64,000 bases of DNA. Origin: Candidatus Eiseniibacteriota bacterium. Its GTDB lineage: Bacteria; Eisenbacteria; RBG-16-71-46. Position 1 is the first letter of the stretch. Each line of letters starts with the position of its first letter. Below the pieces are notes generated by a model. It saw only the letters and a list, made by a program, of their open reading frames with translations, was not told the DNA's origin and did not search any database. This document shows, piece after piece, positions 59,391 to 64,000 of the stretch. The position numbers were made by a program, and so were the translations under genes. The DNA lies in NCBI GenBank assembly GCA_963776245.1, contig CAVZLN010000004.1, positions 32,001-96,000 on the forward strand, in the 5' to 3' direction.

Positions 59391-59595
59391 GGGGGTCGCC
59401 CGGCACGGCACCCCGCGGACACGGACCCGGAGCGATGCGTGTGGGTATCGCATCGCGGAGGGTCCGCGTCCGCGGCGCGCCCCGCCGCGCCGCAATGGCT
59501 CCGGGCCCCGCGAGCGGTCGCGTGTCTTGACACCGTCGCGAGCACGGTGTTAGAAACATCCGGCTTCCGGCAGCGTTTCATGCGCTTCTCACGCT

Positions 59596-59669
59596 GGGCC
59601 CATAGCTCAGCGGTCCAGAGCCGCCGGCTCATAACCGGTAAGACCCTGGTTCGAATCCAGGTGGGCCCA
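59596..59669 (+). tRNA. tRNA with CAT anticodon, probably Ile2; CCA not encoded
   Basis: GGGCCCA/TGGGCCC acceptor stem, loop CTCATAA, TTCGAAT; located after rpoD. Confidence 0.88.
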
Positions 59670-59709
59670 TGAATCGCGCGGGCGTGACGCGCCCGAGCCG
59701 GGTACCCGA

Positions 59710-59785
59710 GGGCGGGTAGCTCAGCTGGCAGAGCACCTGGATCACAACCAGGGGGTCACAGGTTCAAGTCCTGTTCCGCCCACCA
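59710..59785 (+). tRNA. tRNA-Val (CAC)
   Basis: 76 nt, CCTGG-ATCACAA-CCAGG, TTCAAGT, ACCA end. Confidence 0.9.
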
Positions 59786-59983
59786 TCTTTCCCCGCGCCG
59801 GTGCGCGCTTCGCGCCGCCGGCGTCGACCGGAGACCGAACGTGGCCCGTCCGCACCGCACGCCCACGCCGTGGCCCGCGCGCGACCCGCGCCGGCCCGCC
59901 GCGCGTCGCGCGCCGCGCCGCGCACGCCCCATCCACGGGGACGCCCTTCCGGGCGTCCCCGTTCGCATGTGCGGGAGGACGCG

Positions 59984-60697
59984 ATGAGCGAGGAGATCGA
60001 TCATCTGTGGGCCCTGCACGGACTCGATGAGCAGGCGGTCGGGCTGCGGGCGGAGCTCGGGCGCTTCCCGGCGGAGCGCGCGGCGGCCGAGCAGCGGCTG
60101 AGCGCGGAGCGCTCGCGGGTGGATTCGCTGAAGGCGCGCGGCGCCGAGGTGTTGAAGGCGCGGCGCACGCTCGAGAAGGAGATCGAAGCGCTCGCCGACC
60201 AGGAGCGGAAGTTCCTCGGCCAGCAGGGCATGGTGAAGACCAACGCCGAGTTCCAGGCGCTCACCCACGAGATCGCGCGGACGCGGCAGAAGCGCTCCGA
60301 CGTCGAGACCGACGTCCTGCTCAAGATGGAGGAGGAGGAACGCGTCGCGACCGAGAAGCCGGCGGCCGAGTCCGCGCTCCGGGACGCGGAGCAGCGGGTG
60401 GCCGCGCGCGTGGCGGCGATCGAAGGCGAGGAGTCGGCGCTGCGGGAGCGGCTGGCGGCGATCGACGCCGAACGCGCCGCGCACCTCGAGCCGCTGGGGG
60501 CGCAGACGCGCGCCCGCTACGAGCGCATCCACCTGATGCGCGAGGGGCGCGCGGTGGTGGCGATCCGCGACGGGTCGTGCGGCGGGTGCTTCCGCCGCCA
60601 GCCGCCGCAGTCCCTGCTCGATGCCAAGCGCCGCGAGCGGGCGCTGCCGTGCGACGGCTGCGGGCGCCTGCTGGTCTGGCCGCCCGACGCGGTGTGA
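59984..60697 (+). CDS. Coiled-coil plus C4 zinc-ribbon protein (DUF164/CT398-like)
   Basis: Long coiled coil, Y.RI, CGGC...CDGCGRLL. Confidence 0.88.
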   Translation: MSEEIDHLWALHGLDEQAVGLRAELGRFPAERAAAEQRLSAERSRVDSLKARGAEVLKARRTLEKEIEALADQERKFLGQQGMVKTNAEFQALTHEIARTRQKRSDVETDVLLKMEEEERVATEKPAAESALRDAEQRVAARVAAIEGEESALRERLAAIDAERAAHLEPLGAQTRARYERIHLMREGRAVVAIRDGSCGGCFRRQPPQSLLDAKRRERALPCDGCGRLLVWPPDAV

Positions 60698-60710
60698 CAC
60701 GGAGCCCGCG

Positions 60711-62126
60711 GTGGACGCGGCGCCGCGGCGCCTGAGACCCGGCTGGCCATTCCGCCGCCCCGCGCTCGTCCTGTCGGGCGGCGGCGCGCTCGGCGCCTAC
60801 GAGATCGGCGTGTTCCGCGCCCTCGAGACGGCGGGGCTCCGCCCGCGGATCGTGGTCGGCGTCTCGGTCGGCGCGATCAATGCGGTGGCATGGCTCGCGC
60901 ACGACTTCCGCACCGAGGGCCTCGCGCGGGTGTGGCGCACCTTGCGACCCGCCAGCATCGGCATGCGCTGGACCACGCTGCTGCTGCGCCTCGGCGGCCT
61001 GATCGTGGCCGCCGTCGCGGCGCTCGAGGTGATCCTGGCGCTCGCCGGGATCCCGGAGCTCGGCCTCGCCGGGCTGTACCACCGTCCGGTGCTCGGCCAC
61101 GAGATGCGCTCCATCTATCTCGAGACCCTGGCCTGGCAGCTCACCGCGGTGCTCGCGCTCGGCGTGGTGGTGCTCTCGCGACGGCTCGAGGATCTGCTGG
61201 CGCGCCTCGCGCACTCGCACGACCCCGCGGCGGCCCATCGCTGGTTCGGGCGCGCCCTGATCGCCCTCGCATTGGCGTACGTCGCGGCGATCGGAGCGGG
61301 CGTGCCATGGCCGAGCCGCTTCCATCTCGTGCTGCTGCTGGGCGGGACCGCGATGTGGTTCCTCAACCGGCCCGGCGCCTCGGGCGACCGGGTGCGGAGT
61401 CTCCTGCTCGGGGTGCTGCCCGAGACCGGCGGCCGCGGTCTGTGGCGCGGCAGCGCGCGACGGCGCCTGCTCGACCGGCTGGTGGCCGAGGGGGACGCCG
61501 GGCGGCTGGTGGCGGAGGACACCCATCTCGTGATCACCGCGTGCGAGGTGGACACCGGTCGCGTGGCGTACTTCGTGAATGGCGTCGAACCGTCGGCGGA
61601 TTTCCGCGCGAAGATGGAGGCGACGCTCGGCGAGGTGATCGTGCTGCGCACGCCGGAGGAGGTGGTGGAGGCCGCGGTGGCCTCCTCGGCGATCCCGGTG
61701 GTGTTCGAGCCGGCGCGTCTCCACGGGCGCAAGTTCGTGGATCCCGGCTTCTTCTCCAACCAGCCCCTGCACGCCGCGCTGGCGGCGGGAGCCGACGCGC
61801 TCCTGCTGGTGCTGGTCTCGCCCAGCACGGGGCCGGCGACGGTGGGCCGGGATCCCGACATCCTCGAGGTCGGCGCCCGCCTGCTCACCGTCGCGAACTG
61901 GCGCGATCTGCAGACCGAGCTGCGCCAGCTGCCGCCGTCGTGGAGCGCGGCGGCGGACCCCTCCCCGATGTGCCGGGTGGAGCCGGGCGCCCCGTTGCCG
62001 GGCTCGCAACTGGGATTCGATCCGGAAACCGCCGAGGAGCTCATGCGGCGGGGCGAGACCGACGCCTGGTCGGCACTCGAGCGCGCGGGCTGGGTGGTTC
62101 CGGCCGCGCCGGGCGCCGCGCCTTGA
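60711..62126 (+). CDS. Patatin-like phospholipase with an internal transmembrane insertion
   Basis: LSGGGALG, GVSVG, ASSAIP..F.P, DPG; hydrophobic helices between the motifs. Confidence 0.85.
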   Translation: MDAAPRRLRPGWPFRRPALVLSGGGALGAYEIGVFRALETAGLRPRIVVGVSVGAINAVAWLAHDFRTEGLARVWRTLRPASIGMRWTTLLLRLGGLIVAAVAALEVILALAGIPELGLAGLYHRPVLGHEMRSIYLETLAWQLTAVLALGVVVLSRRLEDLLARLAHSHDPAAAHRWFGRALIALALAYVAAIGAGVPWPSRFHLVLLLGGTAMWFLNRPGASGDRVRSLLLGVLPETGGRGLWRGSARRRLLDRLVAEGDAGRLVAEDTHLVITACEVDTGRVAYFVNGVEPSADFRAKMEATLGEVIVLRTPEEVVEAAVASSAIPVVFEPARLHGRKFVDPGFFSNQPLHAALAAGADALLLVLVSPSTGPATVGRDPDILEVGARLLTVANWRDLQTELRQLPPSWSAAADPSPMCRVEPGAPLPGSQLGFDPETAEELMRRGETDAWSALERAGWVVPAAPGAAP

Positions 62127-62151
62127 GGCCGCTGCGCCCATCCACTATGGT
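62123..62151 (+). promoter_or_regulatory. Sigma70 promoter for a leaderless rnhA / rnpB transcript
   Basis: TTGAGG-N17-TATGGT, 6 nt before ATG 62158. Confidence 0.6.
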
Positions 62152-62157
62152 GCGGAC

Positions 62158-62579
62158 ATGAGCGCTCCGGCATCCCGGGAATGGACTCTGCGCTGCGACG
62201 GCGGCTCACGCGGGAACCCGGGCCCGGGCGCGCTCGGGTTCGTGCTCGCCGATCCCGCGGGCGCCGAGATCGAAGCGCGCGGGGAGTACCTCGGGCAGGT
62301 GACCAACAACGTCGCCGAGTACCGGTCACTGATCGCGGGGCTCTCGGCGGCGGTGCGCCATGGCGCCCAGCCGCTGTGCGTGGCGATGGACTCCGAGCTG
62401 GTGGTGCGCCAGATGACGGGGCGGTATCGCGTCAAGAACGCCGGTCTCAAGCCGCTCCACGAGCAGGCGAAGGAGGTGTTGAAGCAACTCGGCCGGGTGC
62501 GCTGGACCAGCGTGCCGCGCGAGGACAATGGTCGCGCGGACGCGCTGGTGAACGAGGCGCTCGATCGGGCGGGAAGTAC

Positions 62580-62595
<16 letters not shown>
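62158..62595 (+). CDS. rnhA: Ribonuclease HI family
   Basis: DGGSRGNPGP, TNNVAEY, DSELVVRQM.G.Y.VK, N.RAD.L.N. Confidence 0.93.
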
Positions 62596-62980
<385 letters not shown>

Positions 62981-62992
62981 AGTCATGGCACC

Positions 62993-63019
62993 GGCCCGGC
63001 GGACTGCGTCCGCCGGGCC
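62993..63019 (+). terminator. Hairpin after rnpB
   Basis: GGCCCGGCGGAC-tgc-GTCCGCCGGGCC. Confidence 0.65.
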
Positions 63020-63041
63020 TCGTGCGTGCGCCGCGCAGGGC

Positions 63042-63071
63042 TTGACCCTGCCGGAAAGCGGCTGCTAGCGT
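63042..63071 (+). promoter_or_regulatory. Sigma70 promoter upstream of recJ
   Basis: TTGACC-N18-TAGCGT with TG extension. Confidence 0.55.
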
Positions 63072-63144
63072 GCGGTCCATCCCGGCCGGCGCGTGCTGGC
63101 ACACCGGTTCCCGGGCCTCCATCCGCCCCCACCACGGACCTTCC

Positions 63145-64000
63145 TTGATCGCGCCTTCGACCACGACGCAGTGGGTGCTCCACCCGCGTCACGACGCCGC
63201 GCGCACCCGCGAACTCGCCGGAGCGCTCGATGCCCCGCGCGCCGTCGCCTGCGCGCTGGTGAACCGCGGCTTCGACGACCCGGAGGCGGTGCGGAGATTC
63301 CTCGATCCGTCGCTGGACGATCTGCACGATCCCGCGGCCCTGCTCGACATCGGACGCGCCGTGGAGCGCATCCACCTGGCGCTCGAGCGCAAGGAACGGA
63401 TGCTGGTCTACGGGGACTACGACGTGGACGGCATCACCTCGACCTTCCTGCTGCACAGCGCGCTCAGCGGGCTCGGCGGCGTGGTGCAGTACCGCATCCC
63501 GCACCGCACCCGGGACGGCTACGGGCTCACCGTGGAAGCCATCGAGAAGGCGAAGCGCGACGGCTTCACGCTGGTGATCACGGTGGACTGCGGTGTCACC
63601 GCGCTCGAGCCGGTGGCGCGCGCGACCGCGCTCGGGATCGACGTGGTCATCACGGACCATCACGAGCCCCCGCCCCGGCTGCCGGCGGCGGTGGCGGTGG
63701 TGAACCCGCAGCGCCCGGGATGCGCGTATCCGTTCAAGTCGCTGGCGGGCGTCGGGGTGACGTTCAAGCTGGTCGAGGCGCTGATGCGCGGGCGCGGCGG
63801 GCTCGAGCGCGCGCGCGAGTGGCTGGACGTGGTCGCGCTCGGGACCATCGCCGACGTGGTGCCGCTGGTGGGGGAGAACCGCGTGCTCGCGCGCCTCGGG
63901 CTCGACCGGCTCAACCAGGGCGGGCGCATCGGGCTGAAGGTGCTGGGCGAGGTCTCCGGGCTCGCCGGCAAGCGGATCAGCAGCGGGCAGGTCGCGTTCG
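63145..64000 (+). CDS. recJ: ssDNA exonuclease RecJ (3'-truncated; absent from the ORF track)
   Basis: Own translation from TTG 63145: YGDYDVDG, P.R..DGYGL, ITVDCG, ITDHH, LAGVGV.FKL, ALGTIADVVPL.GENR. Confidence 0.95.
   Translation, partial: MIAPSTTTQWVLHPRHDAARTRELAGALDAPRAVACALVNRGFDDPEAVRRFLDPSLDDLHDPAALLDIGRAVERIHLALERKERMLVYGDYDVDGITSTFLLHSALSGLGGVVQYRIPHRTRDGYGLTVEAIEKAKRDGFTLVITVDCGVTALEPVARATALGIDVVITDHHEPPPRLPAAVAVVNPQRPGCAYPFKSLAGVGVTFKLVEALMRGRGGLERAREWLDVVALGTIADVVPLVGENRVLARLGLDRLNQGGRIGLKVLGEVSGLAGKRISSGQVAF

Overview
High-GC bacterial chromosomal window, almost entirely on the + strand. Gene content suggests a diderm FCB/Gemmatimonadota/Eisenbacteria-like lineage (inference only). 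In order it holds: hutU-hutI-ftcD; a large TPR protein; a PHP hydrolase; an ECF S-component and an outer-membrane barrel; comEA; a Myxococcus-like type IVa pilus cluster (pilB-T-C-S-R, three pilins, ABC transporter plus accessory protein, pilMNOPQ); aroK, rsmD, coaD, pta; a catalytically degenerate aconitase homolog; obgE, dprA, an LpxL-family acyltransferase; a degenerate GAF-histidine kinase; tRNA-Phe and tRNA-Thr; glmM-glmS-ridA; a UGA/selenocysteine selD followed by tRNA-Sec; lepA-lepB-hemW-hrcA-grpE-dnaJ-rsmE; rpsU-cvpA-mutS2-dnaG-rpoD; two tRNAs; a zinc-ribbon protein, a membrane patatin, rnhA, RNase P RNA and the start of recJ. Many essential genes carry single-base frameshifts in patches (about 11-14.4, 26.3-30.8 and 38.7-51.6 kb), most likely long-read errors. 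The most notable signals are: (1) a selenoprotein SelD with a SECIS-like hairpin next to selC, truncated in the ORF track; (2) an apparent pilus regulon built from sigma54 promoters, a recurring TGCR-N3-YGCA palindrome and sigma28-like promoters, which links a distant pseudo-kinase and a TPR protein to the pilus; (3) an aconitase pseudoenzyme; (4) several leaderless promoters. No CRISPR array or mobile element was seen.
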